Source of the DNA: Phoronis australis
Taxonomy: Eukaryota > Animalia > Phoronida
Assembly (NCBI GenBank): GCA_002633005.1
Contig: NMRA01000107.1
Span: 38,190-102,189, forward strand
Length of the DNA: 64,000 nt
Reading direction: 5' to 3'
Positions within the stretch are counted from its first letter, which is position 1. Each line of letters begins with the position of its first letter. Shown here one piece after another: positions 25,001 through 40,000 of the stretch. Made by a program: the position numbers and the translations under genes. The notes under the pieces are model-generated. The model saw only the letters and a list, made by a program, of their open reading frames with translations. It was not told where the DNA came from and ran no database searches.

Positions 25001-28000
25001 CTGGTAAAAATTTACTTTAACAAAACTAATCTTTAGATAATAGAAATACAGAAATGGAACATTTAAAAAAAAATTCTTTATACAGTTTAGGAGAACAATG
25101 CCTAAATTGTGATATCTGAAAGTTTCATTTGAATTTCATTAAACAGTCATTTTTGAGACAGATGTTCCAAAATTCATACTTTCCCTTCGTTACAAATATC
25201 ATGTATTCATTTGTTTACATGTGTTTGGACTTGCTGAATTATTTCCTTATACTAAACTAGAGCCCTTTGGCTATTTCAAGTCTCACAAGATGGGGGAATT
25301 CAGTGGCTTTGGTCTGGGTAATTTCATGGAATTTCCCTTTTGAGGTTATGTAAGATCTTGTTGACATATTAGTGTAATACTTAGCCAAATATCAGATTTT
25401 AATTCATTGAAAGTATAGTTATATTTTCTGAAAGTGGAATGCTTTTAGAACTTACTTTTTAACTTTTTAAAATCCTGTCATTAATTGGGTCTCGTTACCG
25501 TGTCCTTGGTAAAATTTACCAAAAAGTAAAGGTACATTTAGATACCAAAACAGCAGTTTCGATAACATTTTGACAAAATTTCATTTGATGTAATTTACTC
25601 TTCAAGCTGAAATCTCAAAACGCTCTTACACTTTCCTAAATCATCTTTTTTGTAATTTTGGATATATTGCATGAAAATTGTAAAATTCCTGTTTTTGACA
25701 GCCCTTTATGCAAAATTGGAGCATTAAAAAATTCTAACAGGGTTTTGAAGAACAGTGCATAAAGTATTTATGGTGTCTGAAAGTTTCTTGTGAATCTGAT
25801 CGGCCATTTTTAAGGCATGTCTTCACTTATTTAGCACACAATATGGCCGTCAAGTGAAATTCTGTTTGTTAAATTTCTCAGTAAAAGTAAAGATTAAGAT
25901 CATTTTAGTTTTTCACAAGAATGCAGTGTGTAGATGTCATAAAACAACGTTGTCTAAAATTCTCATTGTTTACGAAATGGTAAAAAGATAAACTAGGTTT
26001 GAAAAATGTAAAAGCAACAACCAATTTGGCAATGATTTTTGTGGAGAATTACCAAAGCCAAATTTGGAATCTTTCTAGTAACCTAAATAATCAAAGAAAT
26101 ACATCTGATGGTATGATCAAAGTACTGCGTACAGCACCAAGTAATTGTTCCTTATGTCAACCATCAAACAATGTTTTGAGAAGTGGACACTCACAGCAAT
26201 GTAAGAAGTCTTCAAACAACGAGGACGGGTCAATTTTAACAAATCTTTTTTGTCAAAATTTGGTGAGATTTTACTTTACATAAATTTACACAACTTAAAT
26301 TTACACAGCGGACACGTCAGTGTACCGACAGCCAACTTAAAACTATAATAAAACCAAAGTATCACTCAACTCCACCATTCATTCCAGCTGTGGTAGTTAA
26401 CAGCATTGAAGTAAACGGTAGGTGAAGCTGTCGTCATCGAAGTACCGGTAATTGCAAGGTAGCGCTGATCCATCCCGTGTCCTCTTAGATTTTTTAATGT
26501 GACAATTTGAGAACATTTACATGTGATAATTAACATAAAACTTATCTCTAATTTGATTGATGATTATTAGAGCAAAATATTAAGGAGTATTAGCAACAAC
26601 ACTGCCCTTTAATTGTTGACAATACTTAGTGGCCCCTGGTGATAGCTTCTATGAGACCGAAATTGACCGTTCGTACCGTGCCACAGCATCAACGCTCCAC
26701 TAGTAAATCACCTTTTTACTGCAAAGTAAACTGGTGTTGTTAACTTCCTTCCAGGACCAAAATTAAGTGTTCATGCTGACCACAACTCCCCAAAACATCA
26801 ATGCCTCAATGTTTGTATGAAAGGGCCTCCAAATTAAAACAGACAAAACAAATCTTTAAAAGATAGTTGTATATGTGGTCGACACTCCCTCCAGATCTGT
26901 TGCCCAAACTGTGAGCCTAGCCATTTATATGTCACAAAAACATATGATCCAAGTGCCAGACATGTGTTTTAGTGACATGTGTTTTTGTCATAGTACAGCT
27001 AGGTGCTATTAATAAACTTATCACGTTTCTTAAATTAACTGTGCCTGGTGTTGTTTGCTAGGGACTAATCCTGCTCACTCCTATCTGCTTTTGTGGTAAT
27101 TCTAAACTAGTCAAATTGTTAAGAAAGTGTGCATAAACATTGACTTCTATATGACTTGTTAAGGAAATGGTTAGTCTTGATATTTTATAAAATACAATAG
27201 GATTTATCACAAAATCAAACCATGTGTTATCGTTGCTTGGTGTGTGAATTATTCATACAGGAAAATTTGAAAACCTTAGTCATGTGTTATTTGGCCTAGT
27301 GCAAATATCAAGATTGCAAAAGTCACCTGGATTAGGCCTTAGCAAAGTTTTGGGAAAGTTAGGACCAGTGTTTATGTTTTGTCCTTGAAGGGTCAACTTT
27401 GGCAGTTGCATCTAAGTTATAGCCACTTAACATGAATTAAATATATCCTGGCTAGAGTGCAAATATGGTGCTGTTACAATTTGAGTTCAAGGCAAGCAAG
27501 AGTTGTAGTTTGGTAACTGTAGGATGGGACCATAATTCTTGACTATACATGCATGGAGGGTGGGAGTTTCAGCAGGTATGTTAACAATGGTAAGTTGGAT
27601 AGATTGTACAATGTACATGAACACACCACTTCCTGTTAAGTTCAATATTGACTTAAACAGTTGTCATCAGACACCAATCTTATCTTGACTTGTTGGTCAG
27701 GATGGTGGTCCTCCCTTTGATGTGGGTGGTGAGGTTTCCTCTCATTGATTGTAAGCTGTGGGCCACTTGAATATGTGTTACACTATATCCTAATCAGTTA
27801 ATTACCAAAGTGTGTGTGTGGTATGGTTTGCACCATAACAATAAATTAATAACTAGAGAATGTCCATTTGCTATTTGTTCACAGTTGTACCAAATGTTTT
27901 TGTTTTATGTAGGCCTGGCACGGGCACGGCTGTTACTGAACTACTGAACTAAAGCACAGCTTTATTTCATTTTGTTGTTGTGGGCATGCCTTGGTTTGGA

Positions 28001-31000
28001 GGTTTGTGGTAAACACATTGAATTAGAGAGAAATAGATTGAACCGTTATGTTGTTTTATTGACACCTCAGGTAATTTGGTTAGTCTCAAATTTCTGCTGG
28101 AGGTGAACAATATCTGTGCGAATGATAGGCCTTATTACTGAAGCTCGCGCATATGCAGATGATGTATAACCTGTGACGGGGAAATTTGAAACAATGAAAA
28201 TCAATCATAATGTAATGTTACTTTGTTCTGTTAGTCAGTGAGAAGCCGTAATGATGTTATCATAAGTGTTACCGTTCCCTTTGTAGCACTGGTCGTACCC
28301 CTTTCTGAAACAATTAAGTGACTACCATCGGTGATAATGAGAGATATTTGTTTCCAGCCTTTGATGTGTGCAAGCGAAGACTGCTATCACTAAGTCTGCC
28401 ATCTATGCCAGAACACATGACTCAGTCTGAACGGTCTATACACATATCAGCATTAGTTAACTTGGATTGTGTCAATATGGTTAGAACAATGTTTTGTTGG
28501 TGGTGTTCAGTTCTACCAAATTGTTCCTTTGTTGTTTCAGTTAAAATTTGGTTGAACGTGTGGCTGTTGTCTGGATTTTTACGCGCCCACTTGCTCACAC
28601 TGCGGGTGCATATTGCTGTCATCTCTGTCTGGGTGTCCAGTCATCCGCGTCTGCTGCTGTAACTCATTAATACCTTACAGCATCTTAATAACATATGTGG
28701 CAGTTGCGTTCTTATGAAGGTGACAACAAATGAAGACGAGTTTCAGACCAATTCGATAAATGCGCTGCCCCTTGTGACAATTTTGATTTTTTCTAAATTT
28801 GTCTCAGTCTGTAATCTTAAGCGTTCCTTTATGTATTATGCTTCTATAAAGGAGAAGGCGTTGCCTTTCTATTTTCCGACATATTGTGCCTCCTGGTTGC
28901 CATTTTTTATTTTTAAGTCTGTTTGATGTCTACCTCTCTAGCTCCCAAACTCCTTGAAGGGTGTGTTCCTGCCAAGATGGCTATGGATGACTTTGATTTT
29001 CAGACGAGCCCGATTATTGTGATGCCCCCTAGTTGCAATTTTGTTTTTTTTTATTGCATCTGTGGGATATCTCCTTATTCCTTGCGGAGTCTTTGTGAAA
29101 CTGGCGTTTTCCTAGATGATAACGACCTTCAGACAGATCCAACTATTGCCACAGTGACCCTGATGTTAATTTTAATTTGTTTAAGGTTAACTTTGTATCT
29201 TCTTTTAGACTGATTCAACTACTGCTATACAACGTAGTGGAATTCTATTTTTTACCTTTGTTGCTGTGTCTTTGCGGTTCATGGACAAGTGTTCGTGAAT
29301 GTTGGCAAAAAGGTTGTCTCATTTTCGAACTTGTTGGACATATTCTGCACCACCCAGTGGCCATTTTTATAATACCAATAAACGCCCCTAGATGCTCATC
29401 ATTGCAGTTGTGGGCGCATTCCAACACTTTTCGTTGCTCTTGTTTGTTAAAGCCACAGGAAGTGCAACGTTCAAAAACAGCAGAAAGGTTCGGAAACCAT
29501 TTTTAACAATGCAATGAGTTCTCTCCCTTTTTCTTTAGCCTCATCACTTTCTGTTACTCTAACACTGTCTTCTGATTTGGTAATTATTGGTAATTTTACT
29601 CGTACTGTAGAGCATGCAGGTGCTGTTAGGCACATCAATGTTCAAACATGCAACTGTCACAAGAGAAGAGACAAATTGATTCAAGCCGCAATAATCTTTT
29701 TTTAATGTTTATTACGAAATCTTCAGAATACAATGAATATACATACAGTACAGCCACTGAATTTTTAGACTTTGTCCGGGCTACCTTACGCCTGGCCAGA
29801 CCGGAGCGCAACGGGAACACAGGCGTGACAGAAATCAGTCACTGTCGCCTCACGCTTACTCTCCGGGTAGTCCTCATGCTTACCTCCAGTTTAGTTAACG
29901 CCTTCCTCATGCCTCGTTCACGCTTTCTTCGCGCCTCCGTCACGCTTTCTTCACGCCTTCGGTAGCTGTGGTAACCATGGTAGGGCACCGGGCTAATCAT
30001 TAAAAAGACATGTAACGTCTTGATTGCCTGTCGTTTCGGTCAAGTTGCGAAGACATTATAGTATATTATAGAGTATCTTTGCAAGCAGTCATCTATCACA
30101 CTTGGGTTCCGACTAACTCTGTAATTCCATGTGTTGTTCATACAAGCGTCTTCCTTCAGCTCGTCTTGTGTTACACTTACATGTACATGTTCAATTTACG
30201 ACTTAAGAGCCAGTCCCATCAACGACAAACATGTACAGTAACCACGGTTAGTAAATACGAATAAACGTGACCCTGTGCTCAGAGTCATCTTCACATGACT
30301 GTGGACTCCTTGAAACTTGTCACAGGTGGATATAGTTAATTCGCCCTAAAAATAGCCTACGCATCTTGTGAAGTATTGTGTCACTCCGTAAACTTTTGCA
30401 CCGCACTGGCGTACAGAAAATTCAATAGGCAGCCCGTCTGACATACCCATCCCTTACTGCAAGAAAATGTTTTGACTTAAAAGTCCTGAATCCGTAGTGC
30501 AGTTCAATAATCTGTAGCCCCCTCCCCGTAGCACATGCGTTTTGACTGACTACACAGTATCCCCGGGTACTTCTTTACTAAAATAATAATAGCGGTCATC
30601 TGTTTGACTCGTCAAATGCATGGGCGTGATCAGTTTACTCTGCATGACACAGGAACTTGGGATCAGTTTGCTCAGAATTGACATGCTATGCTCCTTCATA
30701 TTGTGAAGGCAATTGAATAATTCCGCCGTGTACACGCGTGTTAAGATTCTTTATTAGTTTATATAAAAAACAAATAATTATGTATAAGTGAAAAGTAAAG
30801 TCCACAGGTCTGTTTTCTGAAGCGACTTAAGATTTGAGATGGAAATTTTGGTCTTTTAGTGCACGTGACGATTTCAAAAAAAAAATAAACCTCACATGAG
30901 CAAAAGTCTATGAGAATTCACACATCACTGCTAGTTACTGAGTAATTTTAATAAATTACTTTATCATCTGCGATGCAGGTAAACTCACGCCTAACTAACG

Positions 31001-34000
31001 GTAAGCTCTGGGTACAGTCACGCTTAGGCTCACGCCAGCTGTCACGGTTGATTCACGCCTCACTCTCTGGTCTGTTTCTGGTTGCGGTCACGGGTGGCTA
31101 GACAGGAGAGACACCAGAGAGAGTCTAATAATTCAGTGGCTGTACTGTAACCCAGAAAGCGCCAAGAGGCATTATATCTGGGTTAAAAAATACAAAGAAG
31201 CAATGATCTTTATTACAAAAGTTTGTATTGCTGACATTGAAATTTGCACACTAAATTGTATAGGGTTTTGTAGTTAACAGTGCAAAGTTGTTTTAACGCT
31301 AGTGTAGATTAGAGTAAGGAGGGGAAGTGGTAATGACCTGAAACAAAATCGTGACCTTTTCATAGGAGCTGGATCCCGACAAATATGTCTTGGCTATAAT
31401 GTGTCCACTCTCTAAATGGTTGTGTCTTGGCTATAATGTGTCCACTCTCTAAATAGTTGGGTCATGTGCAGCTGCATCCCCCATCCATGCCCACATAAGG
31501 TAAAACATAGTCAAAAATCCCACAGGCACTACTTGTGTGAAGCTATGTGATTTCTGTGAGAAAGTAATTGCCATGTGATTGTTAAAAATTTAACTGATTC
31601 ATACACTTTCATCCTGCACCTGACAAGGCTTAATTGTCGCGAATGTCACATGGTGGCTCAGCTGATTGCCTCTCCTCCTCCTCCTAAAGCAATAAATGAA
31701 TGGGACATTTGTTGTGGGGCAATTGGCCATTTGGCACACAACTTTGTTACATTGTTTATGAAATTAAAGGTCTTGTGTTAGGTAGCAATGCCTGTTGTAA
31801 CCACACCGTGATAGTACTGTGCTCTTATGATACTGTAATGATACTGTTTATATCCCCCTTGTGATATAGGTGCGAGCGTTGGGAGGACTACTCAAGTATC
31901 TGGACAAAAACAGGACTGGAGTGGAACTGGAGCAATGTGACACAAGAGTGCCCATTCTGTCACTCACCACATTCTCAATGTAAGTAATAAGGAATCAAGA
32001 CTGTAGCATGCAGCCTTCTTGAGTGTTGTGACACCCACCACCCTAAGTCCTCCTTATACCTGGTCAGTCTGTGCTCCTAGAAGTTGTGTTTCTAACATTA
32101 GGTGGTGAGAAGGCATTTATGTTGTATGAGGGTAACTTTCATTCTCAGCAAGCAACTTTGATTTCTTTAAACTGATGCCCAGGATGTAGATCGTCATTTC
32201 AATTCTGTGTAAGAATAATACACAGAATATTACACAGAATATTACACAGAATATTACACAGAATATTACACATTTATTGAATCGTAACCCAGCAGGAGCT
32301 CCTGCTGATATCACTGTTTTCACTGTTACAGAGACAAGTTGATGGTAATAGATGAAGTATCTTACAGGTGAGTGGGCAGCACTCCCATACACAGGCCTGT
32401 TGATATACAGTGTAAAATTCTGGCACCAGCTCATTATTCATGGTTCATTTTTTACTGATATAGCCGTAATAATTGTTTGCTATGCTTTGCTTATCTGGAC
32501 AGGATAAATAGTTTCTGCTGAGATGAATTTATTCAAGGCAGTACTTCCAGAAAATCATGATGTCAAGAATGGGTACATGATTTGCAACAAAAGATTTTCA
32601 AAATGTTGAGAATTTTGAAAACCAGATTTGTGTAGTTAGAAAAATGGAACCATTTTTAGAGTTTCAAACTCCAAAATTCCACCCTTTTGTACAGAACTGT
32701 GTAGACTTGCTTTCATAGGGTATTTTGAAAACTAAGTCCGAATACCTCTTCTATGGTAGTACCCCCCGACACTAGGAAGGAGCAGTTGTGTGATGGCTAA
32801 GATTTGTTTCACAAGAACTGACTTTCTAAAACTTTTTTGTAAGCAGGTTACATCAAGGTTAAGAACATGATAGTTATGGTGAACCACTAACAATTACCTT
32901 GTTAACATGACTAAGGCCAAGCCTGGTTTAAACTGTCCCCTATAAGCCAGATTAATAGTTTTAAACCTTTCATTTACATGACGCATTTTTGCCAATATCA
33001 TGGTATCTTGGGTGTGAAAAGAAGGCTTATTACAATTTAATGACACCTCATGAGTCAACAACTAGTGTAAATAAAACCTGTGCTTGTCTGAAATGCTCCC
33101 AACAAAAACATCGTTTACTTGATGACAGTTTTCAATGGAGCTCCATTACTATTGCAAATTAAGACAGGGCTTCATTTGGCTCTCCTATGTGACCTCAAAT
33201 TTTTTGTGTGGCAACCTTGTAAAATCCCAAGTTGCCACAATTGTGCATAAATGCGAGCACATCTCCAGGAGTTGTGAGATCGGTTGGCAAAAGCCATGTC
33301 CCGATTGTCTCCCCCTTCTTTAGAGAGGGGTGGAGCCTGATGGGATGTTGAGCCCAGTGGGGAAAGTGGTTGTCTCCAGGCAGGTGAAGTACTCCGAATT
33401 TTCTATTTGACTAAATTTAAAAAAGGCATTTTTGGGTGGTGCCGCGGCAGACATTTGCCCAATTTCTATAAGTTTTCAATTCAGTTGTCATTTTTTTCAT
33501 TTATGACTGTTGCCAAGCATCGTTTATGCAGGCCAGGACTTTTGCACCACCGCATATGGGGGTTGCATTGTTTTGGGGAGCTCATATCCCAGTTGGTCTC
33601 CTGGGAATTTTGCCAGGTTGAATTTGATGAGTGGATGTTAAGCTAAGCGTCGAGCCATAAAAGGACATTTTCTATATACTTTATATCAGTTTTTCACCTA
33701 TGCATTTTTTCACGCCAGTACTGGTAGTAATTAATTAGCTGGAATAAAAGGGGAAGTCCATTTTCTTGTTATCATCTTTACTCAAAATACAAATTTCATT
33801 GATCAGAACAGCATGTTCTAACTTTAATTACTTTACCCATCGTTCTTGTTAACTGTATGTGTGAAGTGATCAGACTCTACTAACAATCAATTTCCTGCAT
33901 CTTTGTTTCTGTATTCATTTCATTCAGCCCAATTTTTGAAGATTTTTTGTAGAAATAAAACCAAAAATATTGGCTTTCCCTGATGAGTAATTCGCTTCCT

Positions 34001-37000
34001 GATTCATTCATTTGTGTTTTTGCTAGTTGAGGATCTTGTTACTGCAGTTGCAGCGCCATCTATTGTAAACCTAAGGTTTTGTATCTTGTGCAGGGCACTT
34101 CAGATATTCTGTAAAGAATCTCACCCATCAGTATACAAGTCTGGAAGTTGTAGTAGCTCAAAAGAAGGACTAAGCTTATATGGTAATGTGAATGTATTGA
34201 AATACGAGATTAGATAATTGTTTTTAGCATTTATTCTCTTTTATCATGGACTTAATGCTTTATGCATCTGTAACTGGAGATTGCTTGCAATAGCCATCAA
34301 ACTCGCCCTCTGGTGGGCAACTTTAGTATATAAGCCTCAGAGATACTGGGTCCTGCAGACGTCATATTAGGCCATTTGTTAGTCGCTTTCCAGGAATTTG
34401 CCCCATTAAGTTAATTCTGATTGGTCAAAGTTAGGCACTCAGTGTGTGTCGTACTAGTCTACTTGCAGAGCTTAATCAATAAACATAACTAATTTCTCTC
34501 TGAAGTCTCAACTGTCCTCATGTGTTGTACCAAGTTGGCCGCTCATAGTTTATCCTCTTAATGTTTACCATTCATCTCAAAAATTTGCCCGTTTCCTTCC
34601 CTAAGGCAACTGCTCTGCCTCGTCTTTATTAATTTGTTGAATTTGCATGGCTTCGATATTTATATCTGTTTTTAAGCAATCATTGAAGACTTTTTTGTTC
34701 CTGTAATCTTTTGTCCTGCATCAGGACTTGGTAGCTAATTATCTTCAAAAGTGCCGTCCACTCATAGACTTACCATAGAACAAGCTGTCTCAAGGTTTGG
34801 GTGCTGTCTGGACGCTACTTAAAGTAGTGCAACTTGCCCCACCTGTGGCAGCCTGCTCCACCTTATAGAGGTACAGTTCCTTGTTCTAGGATAACATGTG
34901 CTACTTGTAATCGCTGTGTGCCCGCAAGCCTGGTACAAGACAGAAGTAGTTATTGTCTGCGCAGTTACGCAGTGTCATACATACGGGTCTTGGTTTTCAT
35001 GCTGTATTCGTATCAGCTCAGTCATGTGCAGAGCGACGACGTCTGCCTTGCGCTTTAGTTGTGGATATATGTGTGTGTGGACGCTTGCTTAACGTGGGAC
35101 AAGTTGTACTAATGCAAGTTGTTCTAGGGTAATTCTGTGTGTGGACGGGACTAAAGAGTGACTTCAACTTATGTTTTATTGCCATGATGTCATCTAATGT
35201 GGTAATTACATGCTCTGCTCTGTACAAAAGGAAATCAAATCAGGGATTGCGATATTTAGAATTGATGGGGCTCGTGGGTTTTATAGAAACCCATTGACGA
35301 ATTGTACAACTTTGCTATAAACCTGGCAGAGTTTCAAATTGTGTTGTAGCAGTGTATGTGAATGAATTACAACTCAGTGGTTTGAGAGCTTATTGTTAAG
35401 TTGAATTGTACAAGTGTCATTAATCACTTGTGTGTAACAGGTCACTGTAAGTCTGGTGTTGAGGTTCATTACTTGCCATTCACAGGTATAACAAATCGCT
35501 GCAAGTCTCAGATTGGGTCTCGTATGCTTCGCTTGTGGTACCTCCAGCCATCAAAGGACATCAAGCTGTTACAGGATCGCCAGGATGCCATCGAGTTTTT
35601 TGTTGATCCGTCAAACATTGAGGTTACAACCACGCTTCAGGACTGCTTGAGAAACATCAAGAACGTCCCGGTTTGTGAGCACTTGAGTCGGCAAAATGTT
35701 AATTTTCCTGAACATGTGAAGCCAGGTCCTTGATTTTTAGAGCTGTTATATTTGGAATGACAAAGTAATGGTACCTGACTTAAACATCTACTAGTAGGAC
35801 AAGTTGGAAGGATTTCATTAGTTTTTGGCTACATTTTATGTCTGAGATGTTGAGTTTTTTATTACATATTTACAATAACACAATGCACAATAACAAAAGG
35901 TGAGCACAGAAAATGCTAGAAAGCATTATATCTGAGATATTGAGTCAGACAATGAACTTTGTTTTATGACTGAGATATTGTTTTGTGAACTTTGTTTTAC
36001 GACTGAGAAATTGTCAGTGAACTTTGTTTTACGACAGATATTGTCAGTGAACTTTGTTTTATGACTGAGATATTGTCAGTGAACTTTGTTTTACGACTGA
36101 GATATTGTCAGTGAACTTTGTTTTACGACTGAGATATTGTCAATGAACTTTATTTGATGAGTTTGTACTTACTTTGTTACAGAGATGTTTGTCACGAATG
36201 ACACAAAATCAAGCCTCTGTCAGTGATTGGCAAGCTCTTTACAAGGTCAGTTTATTAGGTGACTCACGTTTTTATCAAGTTCTTCATTTTTTATTTGTTG
36301 CCATGAAAATGTTAATTTCCTAGTCAATGCTGGTGAACAAGGTGATTTATCAATTCCTACTGATTATTATTGAAAAATCATCAACTACTTGCATATATGG
36401 TAAACTTTCCAGTTTAGGACACATTATGGCTGACAAGTTAAGTTTTGCTTTATCATATTTTCCATGCAACATTATGCAGCACCAAATTAATGTTTTCCCA
36501 CGCCCAAGTTTCGTATCACAGCTATCATGTGACAGTTTTGATTTTCAATACAATATTAGATCCCCTTGGAAAATCAAATAGGGCAATACTGGCAATTATT
36601 TTTGTCTGAATTTGGTGATTTACCATACTTTTACTCCCAAGTGGTTCACAGTACTTGGAATTGTGAATAACCAAAACACTTGGTTAAAAACATCGGAAAT
36701 ATTTTTATGCATTTTGAACACGGCTTTCAAATGAAAAATTCAGGTATCTGGATCTGTTCACCTCTGTTGTGAGCTGGATGTTTTTCATCATGGGTTCTCC
36801 AATAATCTGTTTGATTTTTAGACAACCTACAATGCTGTCTACATTGGTGACATCTGTAGAGCGCAGACTAAACCAGTGCACATATTCAAAAAGGTTTGTA
36901 AGGCCAAAAACAGCATGTTTCTGGTCTGCTCCCACATCATTTCAAATCTACATATCACTACTTAAAAGCTAAAAAGAAGACGCTTGTGCCTATTGTTCAG

Positions 37001-40000
37001 TAAAGGTTCAACAGTTTACTACATGCCTTGTTTGTTTCTTTTGTTGTAGTTTTCCAATTTTCGTCACCTGGAGAATGAAAAGGCTCGATTTGTAACGGCT
37101 GTTTTAGATTTCATGGATTAAAGTGTCAAAAGTGACATATACTACTACTGTGGTGAGTGGCTATTCAGTTGCCATCTCTCACCAGTCATTCATACTTAGT
37201 AATTGTGGTACTACTGTGTGTCCAACTAGGTTTGTATTGCCCCCTGTTGAGGGCTTATTTCAATGTGTCACTGCTATTTTGGAAATTGACTTACTATCGA
37301 ATTTTTCAGATTGGTCAGACTTTCACTGAAGACCTTCACAAAATAGCCAGCCTCATCAGCAAGATAGTAAGTGACTGTATGCTTTGTATAACCATGTGTT
37401 GAGAGCTCTCTCTTCATTAGTGCTTTATGGTAATAACGTCGTGTTAACTTGCCTTCTGTAATTTAATCGTATGAGCACAGCTCCAGAAATCACTTTGGCA
37501 TTACATCCAGGTTCTCAATCACTCCGTTCCATACATTCACTAGTAAGACGGAGCTCAGAGAAGTAGGAGACACCTTAGTTTGTGCAATGCTCGATTGTCA
37601 GCCAGTAAACCCAGGATTCCAACCTGGTCTTCCAAAGGGGAGTCTGGAGCTCAAACCACTGAGTCACACTGTCTTGTGTCAGAAATGAACTTTTGACTAG
37701 ACAACTTATCTTTATAAAACTGGTATCAACTTGAGTTGATGTGATTTCTGAGCTTTGGAAAGTTTGTTATTGCTTGAGGACATGCTTGACATCAGTTTTA
37801 ATTCTCTGTTCATCATTTGGCATGCATTATTCTATACTTTTCATCCTATTCAATTAAAGCTTATAGTGCTCATTTAACAGTGTAACAAGCAAGTGCTCTA
37901 CACAGGCAATTATGATTGTTAGCAATTTATTTTAAATATTTTTATTATGTGCCCATATGTATCTATGTGGTCGCATACTGTCTTCATCCTGTCTGGGTGT
38001 CGCATTGTCCTGGTGTCTGCTCGATATCTCGAAAACCACTACTAAGATCTGGCGAAACTTGACAAAAGGTTGTAGAGCAACACTACAGCTTTGCATTACA
38101 CTTCAGTTTGCCTTGCTCCCCAGGGCCAAAAGGTCGGCACTTTTCAGTGTTTTTGTGGAGGAGCATTTCTGGATGATATCTAGAAAACCAATGAAACTTG
38201 ACATAGACTGAGGTATATGAAGCCAGTGTGCCGGCACTAATCGATTTTTTGGAGAGAACCAATGAACAGATGTAGGTATGTGATGGCAATGGGCCTGCAT
38301 CAGTCAGTTTTTGGGTGAGTCCAACTGCTACAGCACCCCCTAGTGGACATTTCAGTCTGAATGTTTTTGGGAGAGTGTTTCCAGATAGTATCTAGAGAAC
38401 CAGTGGACAGGTTTTAAAACTTAGCACTGAGGTATGTGATGGCTATGCGCCGGTGCGAATTGATTTTTAAGCAAATTGGAGTACTGCAGCCCCTTCTAGT
38501 AACCATTTTGTCCCAATTGACCTGTTGTCCAGTTGTCTGTTGGATATTTCAAAAACCCTGATTGTGTTTTGATGAAATCTGTACAAGGGTGGTCATATTG
38601 GTGTCAACCATGGACTTTTTCTGTGTTTTTGGGGAAAAGCATTTCTAGATGATATCTGCATAACTGATGGACAAATTCCAATGAAACTTGTCTGAGTGGT
38701 ATATGACAGTAATGTGCCCGCATTGTGTTTCAAAAACGTAGATTTTTAAAACTTCTAGATTTGATGTAAATTAATGGTGCGACATCATCGCTTTTTGTCA
38801 ATTCTGACTGTTGCAGCTCCCCCTTGTGGTCAAATGGTATTACTGTACCTTTCATGAACCTGATCAACACCCCCAGAGACATGCCATTTGCGGTGCATTA
38901 TGGGCACTCATCAACACTTTGCATTGCTCTTGTATGAACTTTTCATCAGACTGACTGAAAGTATTAAAATTTGCTCATTTCCTGTAAACATGATATTGGT
39001 CAAAGTTTTGATTTTTTGATATTATCTAGACTTAACAATCTCTTGTTCTAGGTAGACTTTGAGGAATGCATCGTCCAGAATCGTTTTGTTGTGAAACCCG
39101 GTGTTGACCCTGAGCTGGATGACAGTACGTTTCATTTGTCCATCCCAAAAGTTTCAGAATGGTCAAGTGGAAAGATTCATTTCCAAGTAATACGAAACTA
39201 TAAACTTGAGTAATCCTTATTGGCTAGATTAATCAAGCTAAAAGATGCAAGTAAAATCAAACCACTTTTGAGAAAAAATGATTGTCAAAACTAACCTTTA
39301 TTCGTTTTTCAAGGTCATCTAAAGTTGTTGTGTATGCCCACAATTTTTCAGAACATTGCCTGTAGGTAGCCATGGTAACAGAACTTGAACATAGCAAATC
39401 AATAATTTCATGCTAAATATGATTTACGAAAAAAGTGAGTAAATATAATTTCACGTGTCCCCCATATTGTGTCTTAAGTCGGTGAGATTTTACCAATTTA
39501 AGATACAATAATTTTTACTCCAATCAAGATAAAAAGTACTCAACATTAATCAAGCATGGTCTGTACTGTTCATCCTCTTTGGGCCAAGGTTCCACACTAG
39601 GCTGGATTACCCTTTCCATCAATGTGTCAGATGTCTTTATTTTAATGCGCCACACGTTCTACAACAGGCCATGGGATGTGCTTATTGTGATCACCTTAAG
39701 ACAGGTCACGGGATATGCTTATTGTGATTACCAGTCAACAGGCCACGCGATATGCTTATTTTGATTACCAATCAACAGGCCATGGGATATGCTTATTGTG
39801 ATCACCAGTCAACAGGCCATGCGATATGCTTATTTTGATTACCAATCAACAGGCCATGGGATATGCTTATTTTGATCACCAGTCAACAGACTATGTTTAT
39901 TTTGATCACCGTACGGTTATTTTGATCACCTGAGTCGGTATGAAAATGAATCTTGCTTGGTAACTGAATTCGCTAAAGATGGTCAGCTATAATAATGATA

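Noticed and set aside
28714-29965. Run of 60-110 aa ORFs suggesting a nested gene or retroelement
   Set aside because: The region resolves into a HINE copy and the left end of a TA-flanked transposon; no RT or transposase motifs.
37575-37673. tRNA gene
   Set aside because: Only degenerate A and B boxes with no acceptor stem or cloverleaf; treated as a SINE head.
35930-39930. 32-bp and 37-bp repeat arrays as possible CRISPR arrays
   Set aside because: Head-to-tail tandem units with no unique spacers and no cas genes, inside introns of a eukaryotic gene.
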